Below, in pieces: positions 18,946 to 28,327 of a stretch of 64,000 bases of DNA. Under the pieces are notes generated by a model. It worked only from the letters and a program-made list of their open reading frames with translations, did not search any database and was not told the origin of the DNA. This DNA is from Alphaproteobacteria bacterium (GTDB lineage Bacteria > Pseudomonadota > Alphaproteobacteria > UBA828), in contig CAXXVO010000005.1 in NCBI GenBank assembly GCA_963422645.2, positions 96,001 to 160,000 on the forward strand. The letters run 5' to 3'. The number at the start of each line of letters is the position of its first letter. Position 1 is the stretch's first letter. Both the position numbers and the translations under genes were made by a program.

Positions 18946-19860
18946 ATGGCACAGCACTACAACGCGACCAAGGCGCTCCGGGACCTCAATACCTGGGTCC
19001 TGCTGGCGCCTGCGATAATTTTCTTCGTCGGCTATCAGGTCTACCCGATCATCCGGGTGATCTGGATCAGCTTCACCGACTTCGAGTTTCTGACCAATGA
19101 GCCGGCCAACTGGGTCGGCGTCGACAACTACATTGAGGCGTTCAACGACCCCTTGATGTGGACCAGCCTGTGGCGGGCGGCGCTCTTCACGATGATGTTC
19201 CTGCCGGGAACCATCATCTTCCCCCTGCTCCTCGCCATCCTGGTGGACCGCGTCAGGGAGCCGGGGCTCGCGACCTTCTATCGCGTGGTGCTGCTGATCC
19301 CGGCGATCATCCCTTCCACGCTCGTCTTCGTGCTGTGGAAGTGGATGTACAACTACCAAGTCGGCCCCATCAATTTCGTCCTGGTGGAGGTGCTGGAGAT
19401 CTTCACCTTCCACAACGCACCGCAATGGCTGGGCGGCACCCCGCTAACGTTGCCGTCAATCGCGATCATGGAGATCTGGTGGGGCCTCGGCTACCACACC
19501 ATCTTCTTCCTCGCCGGGCTCGCCGTCATTCCCAAGGACCTGAACGAGGCGGCGCGGCTTGATGGCGCCAACGAATGGCAGCTCTTCTGGCACGTGACAA
19601 TGCCGAGACTCGCGCCGATCATGATGATCCTGGTCGTGCTGCGCTTCGGCACCTCGATGGCGGTGATCGACGAATATCTCATCTTCGGCGGCTTCAACCG
19701 CGCCTCGCCGACCTATACCTGGACCATCTTCATGTATGACCAGGCCTTCAAGATCGGTTTGTGGCGCCAGGGATTTGCGGCTGCGATCGGCATGATCGGG
19801 TCGGTAGTGATGATGTTTTTCGTCATCATCTTGATCTACATCTTCCGGCCACGGGACTGA
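18946..19860 (+). CDS. Carbohydrate ABC permease
   Basis: WVGVDNY; EAARLDGA EAA loop. Confidence 0.92.
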   Translation: MAQHYNATKALRDLNTWVLLAPAIIFFVGYQVYPIIRVIWISFTDFEFLTNEPANWVGVDNYIEAFNDPLMWTSLWRAALFTMMFLPGTIIFPLLLAILVDRVREPGLATFYRVVLLIPAIIPSTLVFVLWKWMYNYQVGPINFVLVEVLEIFTFHNAPQWLGGTPLTLPSIAIMEIWWGLGYHTIFFLAGLAVIPKDLNEAARLDGANEWQLFWHVTMPRLAPIMMILVVLRFGTSMAVIDEYLIFGGFNRASPTYTWTIFMYDQAFKIGLWRQGFAAAIGMIGSVVMMFFVIILIYIFRPRD

Positions 19861-19867
19861 TCACGTC

Positions 19868-20755
19868 ATGGTCACACACACCGCCGCTCCCGCCCCGCTC
19901 CGGCGACGCCGCAGAAAGACGCGGCTCCAGCGCAATCGCAGCGCGCTCACCCGTCACGGGGTAATCTGGGTATTCGTATGGATCATCCTGCTGCCGCTGG
20001 CCTGGGTGCTGCTGCTCTCGGTCAAGTCGCTGCCCGATTCGATGCGCGGGCAGATCTGGCCGCGCAAGTTCAACTTCTCCCACTACGGCTACGTCTTCGA
20101 CAAGATCGAGACGCTGCCCACCAACCTCTTCAACAGCGTCTACGTGACCGGGGCGACGGTGTTCATCACCACCGCCTGCGCGGTGCTCGCCGGCTATGCG
20201 CTGGTTCATGTGAAGCCGCGCGGCACCGGGATCATCGTCACGGTCTTTCTGGTCTCGCTCTACTTCCCGATCCGCGTTGTCTCGATCATCTCGATCTACG
20301 AAATCCAGAATGCGCTCGACCTGATCAACAGCACCAGCGGGCTGATCCTGCCATACATCACGCTGAATCTGGCGATCAGCGTTCTCATCATGCGGGCCGT
20401 CTTCCAGCTCGTGCCCCATGAGTTGATCGAGGCGGCACGGATGGACGGCGCCGGCCACTGGCGCACCCTCTGGTTGGTCTGCCTGCCGCTGGTGCGCAAC
20501 GGGCTGGTGGTGGTCTTCATCGTCAACTTCGTCACCGCCTGGGGCGAGTTCCTGCTGGGGACGACGCTGACCAACGACCAGGAGGTCCGCACCATGCCGG
20601 TCGTCCTCGCCGCGGCTCAGGGCGGCATGGGGCAATGGGCCTGGCCGCGCATTGCGGCGGTCTACGTGGTGGTGGTCGCCCCCGGCATCATCGCCTTCAC
20701 CTTCGCCCAGCGGCTCTTCTTCAAGGGCCTGATGGAGGGCGTGACCAAAGGCTGA
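19868..20755 (+). CDS. Carbohydrate ABC permease
   Basis: EAARMDGA, WGEF, AQRLFFKGL. Confidence 0.92.
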   Translation: MVTHTAAPAPLRRRRRKTRLQRNRSALTRHGVIWVFVWIILLPLAWVLLLSVKSLPDSMRGQIWPRKFNFSHYGYVFDKIETLPTNLFNSVYVTGATVFITTACAVLAGYALVHVKPRGTGIIVTVFLVSLYFPIRVVSIISIYEIQNALDLINSTSGLILPYITLNLAISVLIMRAVFQLVPHELIEAARMDGAGHWRTLWLVCLPLVRNGLVVVFIVNFVTAWGEFLLGTTLTNDQEVRTMPVVLAAAQGGMGQWAWPRIAAVYVVVVAPGIIAFTFAQRLFFKGLMEGVTKG

Positions 20756-20806
20756 CGCCCCGGCGCGCCGGCGGAGCCGCCTCCGAAACGCGGCAGGGTT
20801 TGCACG

Positions 20807-21082
20807 CTAACGCCCGACCAGATCCGCTGCGATGCGTTTTGCGCGGTCGGTGAAGCCGGCGACGCTTTCGCCCTCGAAGCGCTGGCGGAAGCGTTCGGCG
20901 GCTTCGGCGATGTGGGCTTCGATCTTCTCCTGCGACGGCTTCCGCTTCGGCGGGACCAGCTCGCGCAGCACGGCCTCCGCGGCGAGCAGGCGGCAGGCCT
21001 GATCGACAACCAGCAATTCCAGAGCCAGGATCAGCTCGTCCCTCTTCTCGAGCTCCTCCTGAATGTTCCGTGGAATCGGCAT
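20807..21082 (-). CDS. Small helical hypothetical protein
   Basis: GAGGAG RBS before MPIPRNIQEELEKRDEL; GC3-biased codons. Confidence 0.55.
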   Translation of the reverse strand: MPIPRNIQEELEKRDELILALELLVVDQACRLLAAEAVLRELVPPKRKPSQEKIEAHIAEAAERFRQRFEGESVAGFTDRAKRIAADLVGR

Positions 21083-21158
21083 CGTTTCACTCCTCTGACC
21101 GCGACCGCTATCCTGCGCCTGAGAGCGGGCGATCTTACTCGAAAGCGACGGAAACATC

Positions 21159-21647
21159 GTGGGGCGACGCCGCGCAGCCAAGGCACCATCGAAGCGGCGA
21201 TGGCTTCGCTACGGCATCATCGTTGGGATACTTCTGCTCTTCGTGATCGTCTACGAAACCGGGCAGCAGTTGCGCCGCGGCGATACCGGAAGGGAGCAAC
21301 AAAGCGCTGCACCCGGCGCCGAAGAGGCCGTCGATCCCGAGGACTCCGTGCGCCGGCTCAAGCGCTACTACCACAGTCACGACCTGCCGGCCGGCTGGGA
21401 GGTCGGCGACACGGAGCGGGCCGATTCGGGCTCGGTCGAGGTGGAGGTCTACTTCTCCCCCGGCCTCCGCTCGAGCCGCCACGGCGAAGCAGCCAGATCA
21501 GGCGAGATCGGGCCGCACAATGCCTGCCCGACCGAGGAATCGGAGCTCTGGAGCAAGCTCGCCGAGGCGACCTTCGAGATCGAGGTGAACGACAAGACCG
21601 GGGTGATCGACCGCTTCGCCTGCACCCCGCCCACACCGGCCGGGTGA
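21159..21647 (+). CDS. Membrane-anchored hypothetical protein
   Basis: Basic N-terminus plus one TM helix (GIIVGILLLFVIVY); paired Cys. Confidence 0.6.
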   Translation: MGRRRAAKAPSKRRWLRYGIIVGILLLFVIVYETGQQLRRGDTGREQQSAAPGAEEAVDPEDSVRRLKRYYHSHDLPAGWEVGDTERADSGSVEVEVYFSPGLRSSRHGEAARSGEIGPHNACPTEESELWSKLAEATFEIEVNDKTGVIDRFACTPPTPAG

Positions 21648-21657
21648 GAATATCGAG

Positions 21658-22419
21658 TTAGACGGGCACCGGATCGATGATCACGTCGGCGTCGCCCGCG
21701 GCCTTGCCGCGCCATTGGGCGACGAGACCCATGCCCTGCGCTTTCTCGTCCGACGACATCTCCTTCACCACCGCCTCCAGCGCGGTGAGCGCGCTGCCGA
21801 TGCCATGCCGGGCGGCGAGCGAGAGCCACAGGAAGGCCTGAACGCGGTCCCTCTTCACGCCTTCGCCCGCCAGGTACATGTGGCCGAGACGGGCCTGAGA
21901 CTGGTAGTGCCCGGTCTCCGCCGCCTTGCGATACCACTCGGCGGCACGGGTGTGGTTCTGCGGCACGCCCTTGCCCTGGCTGTAGAGCACCCCGAGGTTG
22001 AAGCGGGCGTTGGCATCGCCGCCCCGGGCCGCGCGGCGCAGCCAGCGCACCGCTTCCGCCATGTCCTTGGCGACGCCGCTACCCATGGCGTACATCGCGC
22101 CGACGTTGCTCTGGGCCAGCGCGTTCCGGCCCTCGGCCGACTTCAGGTACCAGGCGAACGCCGCCGCCGCGTCGGCCTCGACGCCGTCTCCGTTGGCGTA
22201 AAGCGAGCCGACCCAGGCCTGCGCCTCGGCATTGCCGGCCTCGGCTAGCGGCAGCCAGAGCGACCGCGCCCTGTCGAAGTTGCGGGCCATGTAGGCGCGC
22301 CGCCCTTCCTCGATGGCGTCGCTCTCCTGCCGCGTACGTGCTGCCCGCGCCTCGGCTGCGCGGCGCGCAGCGGGGCGGCGCCCGCTACGGGACGGTCCCT
22401 TCGCTCTTCTTGTAGACAT
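21658..22419 (-). CDS. Sel1-repeat protein
   Basis: Four AQ..LG.MY..G.GV..D...A..W...AA repeats; the start position is uncertain. Confidence 0.88.
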   Translation of the reverse strand: MSTRRAKGPSRSGRRPAARRAAEARAARTRQESDAIEEGRRAYMARNFDRARSLWLPLAEAGNAEAQAWVGSLYANGDGVEADAAAAFAWYLKSAEGRNALAQSNVGAMYAMGSGVAKDMAEAVRWLRRAARGGDANARFNLGVLYSQGKGVPQNHTRAAEWYRKAAETGHYQSQARLGHMYLAGEGVKRDRVQAFLWLSLAARHGIGSALTALEAVVKEMSSDEKAQGMGLVAQWRGKAAGDADVIIDPVPV

Positions 22420-22690
22420 AGACGCAGTCCATATCCTCGTCGCCGTCGAACACCGGCTCGCCGTCAGCCTTGAGCCGGCGCAGAAAGTAATCCTGAACCG
22501 TCTGCGCGGCGTAGAAGGTGAGCGCCTGCTTGTAGAGCCAGGGGTCGGCGGACTCGTCCACCTTGTGGACCTCGCGCAGGGTCTTCTTCGGGTCAGCCGC
22601 GATCCCGACGTAGTAGTCGCCGAAGTCCCCGCCGAACTCCTTGATGTAGGCGAGGATCTCGTACTTAATCTGCTGGACGCTGAAGACCAT
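22385..22690 (-). CDS. 101-aa hypothetical protein
   Basis: Start overlaps the Rieske-like gene stop; strong codon bias. Confidence 0.75.
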   Translation of the reverse strand: MVFSVQQIKYEILAYIKEFGGDFGDYYVGIAADPKKTLREVHKVDESADPWLYKQALTFYAAQTVQDYFLRRLKADGEPVFDGDEDMDCVYVYKKSEGTVP

Positions 22691-23811
22691 CAGCGCAGGG
22701 CGGCCGCGTAGAGCGGGCCCGACCAGTGGACTTCGTGGCGCTTCAGCAGCCGCCCGATCACGTAGGTCTGGAGCAGGTGGGCGGCACGGTCCTCTTCGAG
22801 CGGGAGAGAGGCGAGGCTCGTCTCCGGTCTGGACGGCGTGCCGAACCGTGCCAGCTCGTCCTGCAGGCCCGCCGCGGCATTACCGGCCTCGTCGAGGGCG
22901 GCACGCAATGTGTCGACGTGCGCAGGCTCCATCGGCCCTGCACCGCTGATCCTGACCCGGGCAAGCGTCTCCTCCAGAGCGCTGGGCTGCAGCACGATGC
23001 TCACCAGATGGTCTTCCCCGCGCAACAGGATCAGGTTGGGCAGGAGCCAGTAGAGCGTCGCGGGCGCGCCCGAATTTTCGGCGTCCGCTCGGAGCACGAT
23101 GACGTCGGCGCCTCCCTTCTTCGCAGGCTTGGCCTCTGGCGCGAGCGAGCGCAGCAGCGCGCGGCCAAGGAGCTTCCAGTTGGCGTCGTACTCCACCCGG
23201 AAACTCTCGGTGTTCTCCCACGTCGCAGCGTCGTCGAGGGCAAGGGCATCGGCGGCACCGTCCAGCCGGTCGGCGAGCGGTGCGGCTTCAGGGTCGAGAT
23301 TGACGAAGAGGAGCGGCCCCTCTCTCTCCACCCTCACCGGCAGCAGCCGCTCGGGCCGGTAGCCGAGATACTGTCGCATGGTCAGCGTATCGTCGCCGAG
23401 CTCGTCGGCGGCGATCACCCCGCGATCGCGGCTGTAGCCGCACGAGGTGAACGAGCACCTGGTCTTCGAGCCGGTCTGGCACTGCGCCGGTACGAAGCGG
23501 CAGCCGCCGTGCTGCGCGAGGTTGTAGCGCCCGGTCAGCCCCTCCTTGCCGCGCTGCACGTGGACGCCGTGGTTGCCGACGGTATAGGGCAGAAGGTCGC
23601 CGACATTGGGAATTTCGCGCTGCGAGCCGATGCAGATCCAGCTCCGGGTCCAGATCTTCTCGTCTTCGAGGTCGGCGAAGACCTTGGAGCGGTAGGCGAT
23701 GGGCGTGAGGATGCTGGCCTTGCCGAAGCGCCCGCGCGACGGCTTGTAGAGGGCGGGATCCTGGAGATCGACGCCCTCATCCAGATAGTCGAGATCGGGC
23801 CGCATCGTCAT
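22690..23811 (-). CDS. Degenerate Rieske ring-hydroxylating oxygenase alpha-like protein
   Basis: E.EKIW.RSW..IG...EIPNVGD, LLFVNLDP, ANWKL, LLPNL; metal ligands are altered. Confidence 0.8.
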   Translation of the reverse strand: MTMRPDLDYLDEGVDLQDPALYKPSRGRFGKASILTPIAYRSKVFADLEDEKIWTRSWICIGSQREIPNVGDLLPYTVGNHGVHVQRGKEGLTGRYNLAQHGGCRFVPAQCQTGSKTRCSFTSCGYSRDRGVIAADELGDDTLTMRQYLGYRPERLLPVRVEREGPLLFVNLDPEAAPLADRLDGAADALALDDAATWENTESFRVEYDANWKLLGRALLRSLAPEAKPAKKGGADVIVLRADAENSGAPATLYWLLPNLILLRGEDHLVSIVLQPSALEETLARVRISGAGPMEPAHVDTLRAALDEAGNAAAGLQDELARFGTPSRPETSLASLPLEEDRAAHLLQTYVIGRLLKRHEVHWSGPLYAAALR

Positions 23812-23883
23812 CGGGCCAGACCCTCGGCCGCGCCGGATTGGGGCGGGCGCACCACCCGCCCCGTCCCTGCCTGCGGCGAGCCG

Positions 23884-26289
23884 CTACTTCCGCTTCTTGT
23901 TGAGCGGCGGATCGTAATCGGCGCGGCCACGGTGCTTGGTGGCGCCGCGCGGCGGCGGCGGCAGCGGCCCGTCCTGCGAGAAGCGGTCGAGCACGTTCTT
24001 CACCAGCCGCGAGATGTTGTTCTTCTCGGGATCGCCGTTGTTCCACGGCAGCGACCCGCAGAAGGCGATCGAGCTGAACGCGAAGCACCCGCCGCCATTG
24101 GGCGTCTCGTGATAGGCGATGTCCGAGCGCACGCGCGGGTGCTGGGTGCCGTCGAGGCCCTGCTGGTTGAAGCCGAAGTCCTCCATCACCAGCAGATAGC
24201 CCTCGGTATGGCGGCCCGCCGAGGTCGCGGTGATCAGCGTATGCGGGGGCGAGCCGAGCAGGGTGTCGACGATGTCGAGCTCGGTGCCCGCAGCACCGCC
24301 GCCGACGAGGCCGAAGTTGCCGATCTTCTCGTCGTAGCCGATGCCCTCGTAGGCCCACGAGACGCGCGGATCGTTACTCTCCGGCGTCCGCGAGTAGTAG
24401 CTGGAAATATCGAAGCCTTCCGACGACATGCCGGTGCCGGCGACCGAGTGCAGGTAGCGCCCGCGATAGCGCCACATGCCGCCGAGCTCGCCGGTCGACT
24501 GGTGGTAGTACTCGCCGGGATCGGCCCGCCAGGTCCTGATGCCGGACTCGCAGCGGCGCATCTCGGTGACGATGCCGCGGCCGAGATGGTCGTAGGCCGG
24601 ATGGAAGGAGTGGATCCAGTAGAAGCCGTCCGCGCCCATGTACATGAACCGGCCGCCGCGCTGGGTGTAGTCGTGGATCGCGTCGAGCTGCGGCCCGGAG
24701 TTGTGCTCCGGATGCGAGCCCGTGATCACGACGTTGTAGTTCTCCAGCCGCGCGAGGCCGTCATAGTTCACGTCCTCGTCGGTGATGACGTCGTACTCGT
24801 AGCCCAGCTGGTTGAGCCAGTAGATCAGATGCAGGTCGGCCGGATACTGCCAGGGCGCCTGCATCAGGAAGTGGTCGTACTGCGGCCGGACGCTGAGGAT
24901 CGGCCGCAGCCTCGACGAGAGGCAGAGGCCGCTGCCGTCCGTATGGGTGTCGTAGATCGAGCCGCCGTACTCGCGGTGCTCGGCCAGGAACATGTTCTGG
25001 TGCTGCATGATCGGCACGCGGTAGACCAGCAACTCCGCCCCGCCCGCGTTGTTGGCGAGATGCTCGTTGGCGTAGGCCATGTAGCTGATCGTCGGCATCA
25101 TCACCGCGATCTTGGTCTGCTCCTCGCCGGGGCGCGGCACCACGAAGAAGGGAATGTAGTCCTCGTCTCCCTCTTCCGTGGTGAGTTTCACGCAGTAGGA
25201 ATCGCTCTCGTAGTTCGCCGGCACGGTCCACTCGAAGTCGACCTCCCAGCGCGCATCGTCCACATCGTCGTCGTGGAAGTGGATCGCGCCATACTCTTCG
25301 GGCGCATGCTTCCAGTCGAAGTTGTCGCCCGAGAAGTTGTGGCCGGTCATGGCTCGGGTCGGGCAGTTGACGATCTGCGCATCGAACAGATAGGGCCCCT
25401 GATCCTTGCCGACGATGGTGTTGATGCCGTCCGAGAAGTCCCAGGCGGCGACGATGGTCTCGGAGAGTGCGCCGGTGGGGCCGGAGTTGCGCCGCTCGGT
25501 CAGGCCGCGCTGGGCGCCGAGCTTCATGGTCTCGATCTCTTCCCGGCTCAGCGCGCGATTGCAGATCCGGGGGCTGTCGATCTTCCCGTTGTAGTGGCCG
25601 TTGATGACGATGCCCGCAGGCACCGACGACTGCGCCGTGGGATCGTCGCTGTGCGCGCCGGTGTAGCCCGCGATCACCGCCGGGCTCGCGTCATGCCGGA
25701 CCGGCCCTGCGATCTTCTCCTTCGCGGGCCTGATCACGGGGTCTAGGGCATAGACCACCTGCGGCTCGTGATAGAGGATCGCCTGCCCCGTCTCGGCGTT
25801 GTAGCTCGCGGCGAGGAAGTGCCAGGCATGGTCGCGCAGCGGCGCGCCCGTGGTGACCTTCTTGCCGTTGATGCGGAGCTCGGCGCAGCCGTCCTCGTTG
25901 ATGAAGAGGCCGTAGCCCTTGTTCCTGTGCCACTTCGTGACCAGGCCCTGGGCGCCGTGCTTCCAGTATTTCGGATGGGTCTTGGGCGTCGTCGGCCAGA
26001 CCCAGCACTGCAGGGTGAAGCTCTGGACGCGAAGCTGCGAGTTGTCCTCCACGCAGCCGTAGGAGCCGCTGTGGATGACCTGACGGCGGCCCTTGTAGGT
26101 GCTGTTGAGGGCGGCCCGCCTCTTGCGCTCGATCAGGCCCGGCCCGCGCGGGTTGGTGTCGCCGTTGATCATCTTCACGAGCTGGGCGTCGTAGGACTTC
26201 GGCCCGTCGCAATTCACATAGAAGCGGATCGTATCGCCGGGATGGACGCCGAACTTGTCCGCATATCCCGTCAGTCTCATCCAAGCCAT
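23884..26289 (-). CDS. dmfA2: N,N-dimethylformamidase large (beta) subunit
   Basis: GYADK, LamG-like domain, YGAIHFHDDD, PTISYMAYANEH, SIYDTHTDGSG, GSHPEH; 801 aa. Confidence 0.9.
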   Translation of the reverse strand: MAWMRLTGYADKFGVHPGDTIRFYVNCDGPKSYDAQLVKMINGDTNPRGPGLIERKRRAALNSTYKGRRQVIHSGSYGCVEDNSQLRVQSFTLQCWVWPTTPKTHPKYWKHGAQGLVTKWHRNKGYGLFINEDGCAELRINGKKVTTGAPLRDHAWHFLAASYNAETGQAILYHEPQVVYALDPVIRPAKEKIAGPVRHDASPAVIAGYTGAHSDDPTAQSSVPAGIVINGHYNGKIDSPRICNRALSREEIETMKLGAQRGLTERRNSGPTGALSETIVAAWDFSDGINTIVGKDQGPYLFDAQIVNCPTRAMTGHNFSGDNFDWKHAPEEYGAIHFHDDDVDDARWEVDFEWTVPANYESDSYCVKLTTEEGDEDYIPFFVVPRPGEEQTKIAVMMPTISYMAYANEHLANNAGGAELLVYRVPIMQHQNMFLAEHREYGGSIYDTHTDGSGLCLSSRLRPILSVRPQYDHFLMQAPWQYPADLHLIYWLNQLGYEYDVITDEDVNYDGLARLENYNVVITGSHPEHNSGPQLDAIHDYTQRGGRFMYMGADGFYWIHSFHPAYDHLGRGIVTEMRRCESGIRTWRADPGEYYHQSTGELGGMWRYRGRYLHSVAGTGMSSEGFDISSYYSRTPESNDPRVSWAYEGIGYDEKIGNFGLVGGGAAGTELDIVDTLLGSPPHTLITATSAGRHTEGYLLVMEDFGFNQQGLDGTQHPRVRSDIAYHETPNGGGCFAFSSIAFCGSLPWNNGDPEKNNISRLVKNVLDRFSQDGPLPPPPRGATKHRGRADYDPPLNKKRK

Positions 26290-26389
26290 CGGGTGTCTCT
26301 CCCCCTAAATCGCGCGGGCCTCGGCGGCCGCTTGCGCGTCCTGATCGGTTAGCGCGTGGAACCCTGGAATGCTCGCGCAGGCCTGCGCC

Positions 26390-26830
26390 CTAGGACGCGG
26401 CCCAGTTGTCATCCCGGCGCTTCCAGCCCTGATGGAAGTGCTCGGGAAAACCGTCGGTCTCCTGGAACTCGTCGAGCCGCATCAGGAAGATGTCGTGCTG
26501 GGGGTCCTGCTCGTTGTCGTACACCTTGTCGGAGACGAACTCCGGCGGCACGCCCCGGATGCCGGAGCAGCGGGCGATGCGCCACTCCTTCTCGATCTTG
26601 GTGCAGACCACCACGAGCTTGCCCGTCGCCGGCTGGGCCCGCATCCGCAGCAGCACGCGGTTGAGCTGGAAGTCCTCGTGGATGCCGCCGCTGATCTCGG
26701 TGGTGTCACCCGGTGTCGCGCAGCGCAGGATCGAGCAACCGGCGACGCCCTTCATGGAGTCGATGCACGCCTTGTGCTCATCGATGAGACGATCCCGTTC
26801 GGGACTGCCTTTCGGCGGAATACGGATCAT
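26390..26830 (-). CDS. dmfA1: N,N-dimethylformamidase small (alpha) subunit-like protein
   Basis: LIDEHK...LNRVL..MR..P..GK...W.IA...G.RG.PP...HDIFLMR; directly upstream of the large subunit. Confidence 0.7.
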   Translation of the reverse strand: MIRIPPKGSPERDRLIDEHKACIDSMKGVAGCSILRCATPGDTTEISGGIHEDFQLNRVLLRMRAQPATGKLVVVCTKIEKEWRIARCSGIRGVPPEFVSDKVYDNEQDPQHDIFLMRLDEFQETDGFPEHFHQGWKRRDDNWAAS

Positions 26831-26871
26831 TCTGGGTCCCCCTCGCGTCTACTGCCACGGCCCTCAGATGC

Positions 26872-27570
26872 CTAGATCGTCAGGTACTTGTCGACGACCT
26901 CGTCGGTCAACCCGTCGATGGGGCCACCCTCGACGATCAGACCATTGTCCATGATGACAAACTCGTGCGCGAGCGCGCGCGCCACCCTGATGTGCTGCTC
27001 CGTCAGCACGAGCGTAAGCCCGACCTCGGTGTTCAGCCGCATGATCGTGGCCTCGATCTCCTGCACGATGTTGGGCTGGATGCCCTCCGTCGGCTCGTCG
27101 AGCAGCAGGATTTTCGGATCGGTCGCGAGCGCGCGTGAGATCGAGAGCTGCTGCTGCTGACCGCCCGAGAGCTGCCCTGCCCGCTTGTCCAGGTTCTCGG
27201 CGAGATAGGGAAAGAGGTCGAGGCACATGTCCGGGATCTTCCGCTTCTTGTCGTTGCGGGCGAAAGTTCCGAGCAGGATGTTCTCGCGCACCGAGAACTT
27301 GGGCAGGATGCCGCGCCCCTGCGGAATGTAGCCGACACCGATTTCGGAGCGCTGATGCGTGGGCATGGCGCTCGCGTCTTCTCCGGCGATCCTGAGCGTG
27401 CCGGTCATTTGCGTGGTCAGCCCCATGATGGTGCGCATCAGCGTGGTCTTGCCGACGCCGTTCCGCCCCAGCACCGCCAAGCAGTGGCCGTCCGCGACGC
27501 CCAGGCTCACGTTCTGGAGGATCGGCGTCTTGCCGTAAAAGGAGGTGACGCCTTCCAGCTCAAGCAGCAT
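26872..27570 (-). CDS. urtE: Urea/short amide ABC ATPase
   Basis: GRNGVGKTT, LSGGQQQQL, LDEPTEGIQPNI. Confidence 0.88.
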   Translation of the reverse strand: MLLELEGVTSFYGKTPILQNVSLGVADGHCLAVLGRNGVGKTTLMRTIMGLTTQMTGTLRIAGEDASAMPTHQRSEIGVGYIPQGRGILPKFSVRENILLGTFARNDKKRKIPDMCLDLFPYLAENLDKRAGQLSGGQQQQLSISRALATDPKILLLDEPTEGIQPNIVQEIEATIMRLNTEVGLTLVLTEQHIRVARALAHEFVIMDNGLIVEGGPIDGLTDEVVDKYLTI

Positions 27571-28315
27571 CGCTGATGCCCTCGGTGCCGAGATAGACCT
27601 CGCGCACCTTCGGATCGTTCTCCACCTCGTGCATGGGGCCCTCCGCCAGGGTCTTGCCCAGATGCATGAGCGTGATGATATCGGCGATCTCGCGCACGAA
27701 CGCCATGTCGTGCTCGACCACGACCAGCGTGTGCGAGCCCTTCAGCCGGTTGAAGATTTCGGAGGTACGGTGGGTCTCCTGCTCGGTCATGCCGGCGGTG
27801 GGCTCGTCCATGAGCAGGAGCTTGGGATCCTGGGTCAGCACCATGCCGATCTCGAGCCACTGCGTCTCGCCGTGGCTCAGGTTGCCGCCGAGCTCGTCCA
27901 GCCGTCCCTCAAGTCCGACCAGCTCGACGATCTCGTTCAGGCGGTCGCGCCCGGCGCGCTGGCTGAACGTGACCATGTTGATGAAGGGATTGGTGTTTCG
28001 CGTGTAGGCGACCTGCAGGTTCTCACGCACGGTGAGGTCCCTGAACACCGCCGGCACCTGGAATTTGCGGCCGATCCCGTGCTTCGAGATGCGGTGCTCC
28101 GGCAGTCCGGTGATATCGCGGCCCTGGAACATGATCTTGCCCGCCGTGACCTTCTGGCGGCCCGTGATCAGGTCCATCGTCGTGGTCTTGCCGGCGCCAT
28201 TGGGCCCGAGCAGGCAGCGCAGCTCGCCCTGCTCGACCTGGAAGCTGAATTCGTCGACGACCCTGTACTCGTCGTAGGCCTTGGTCAGGTCCGTGACTTC
28301 CAGAATCGCGCTCAT
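27560..28315 (-). CDS. urtD: Urea/short amide ABC ATPase
   Basis: GPNGAGKTT, GIGRKFQ, LSHGETQWLEIGM. Confidence 0.88.
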   Translation of the reverse strand: MSAILEVTDLTKAYDEYRVVDEFSFQVEQGELRCLLGPNGAGKTTTMDLITGRQKVTAGKIMFQGRDITGLPEHRISKHGIGRKFQVPAVFRDLTVRENLQVAYTRNTNPFINMVTFSQRAGRDRLNEIVELVGLEGRLDELGGNLSHGETQWLEIGMVLTQDPKLLLMDEPTAGMTEQETHRTSEIFNRLKGSHTLVVVEHDMAFVREIADIITLMHLGKTLAEGPMHEVENDPKVREVYLGTEGISDAA

Positions 28316-28327
28316 GTCCCCGCCCTC

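Noticed and set aside
22726-25746. 1006-aa plus-strand ORF and similar long ORFs (13323-15671, 17045-18952, 27545-29488)
   Set aside because: Antisense shadows of well-supported genes, expected in high-GC DNA.
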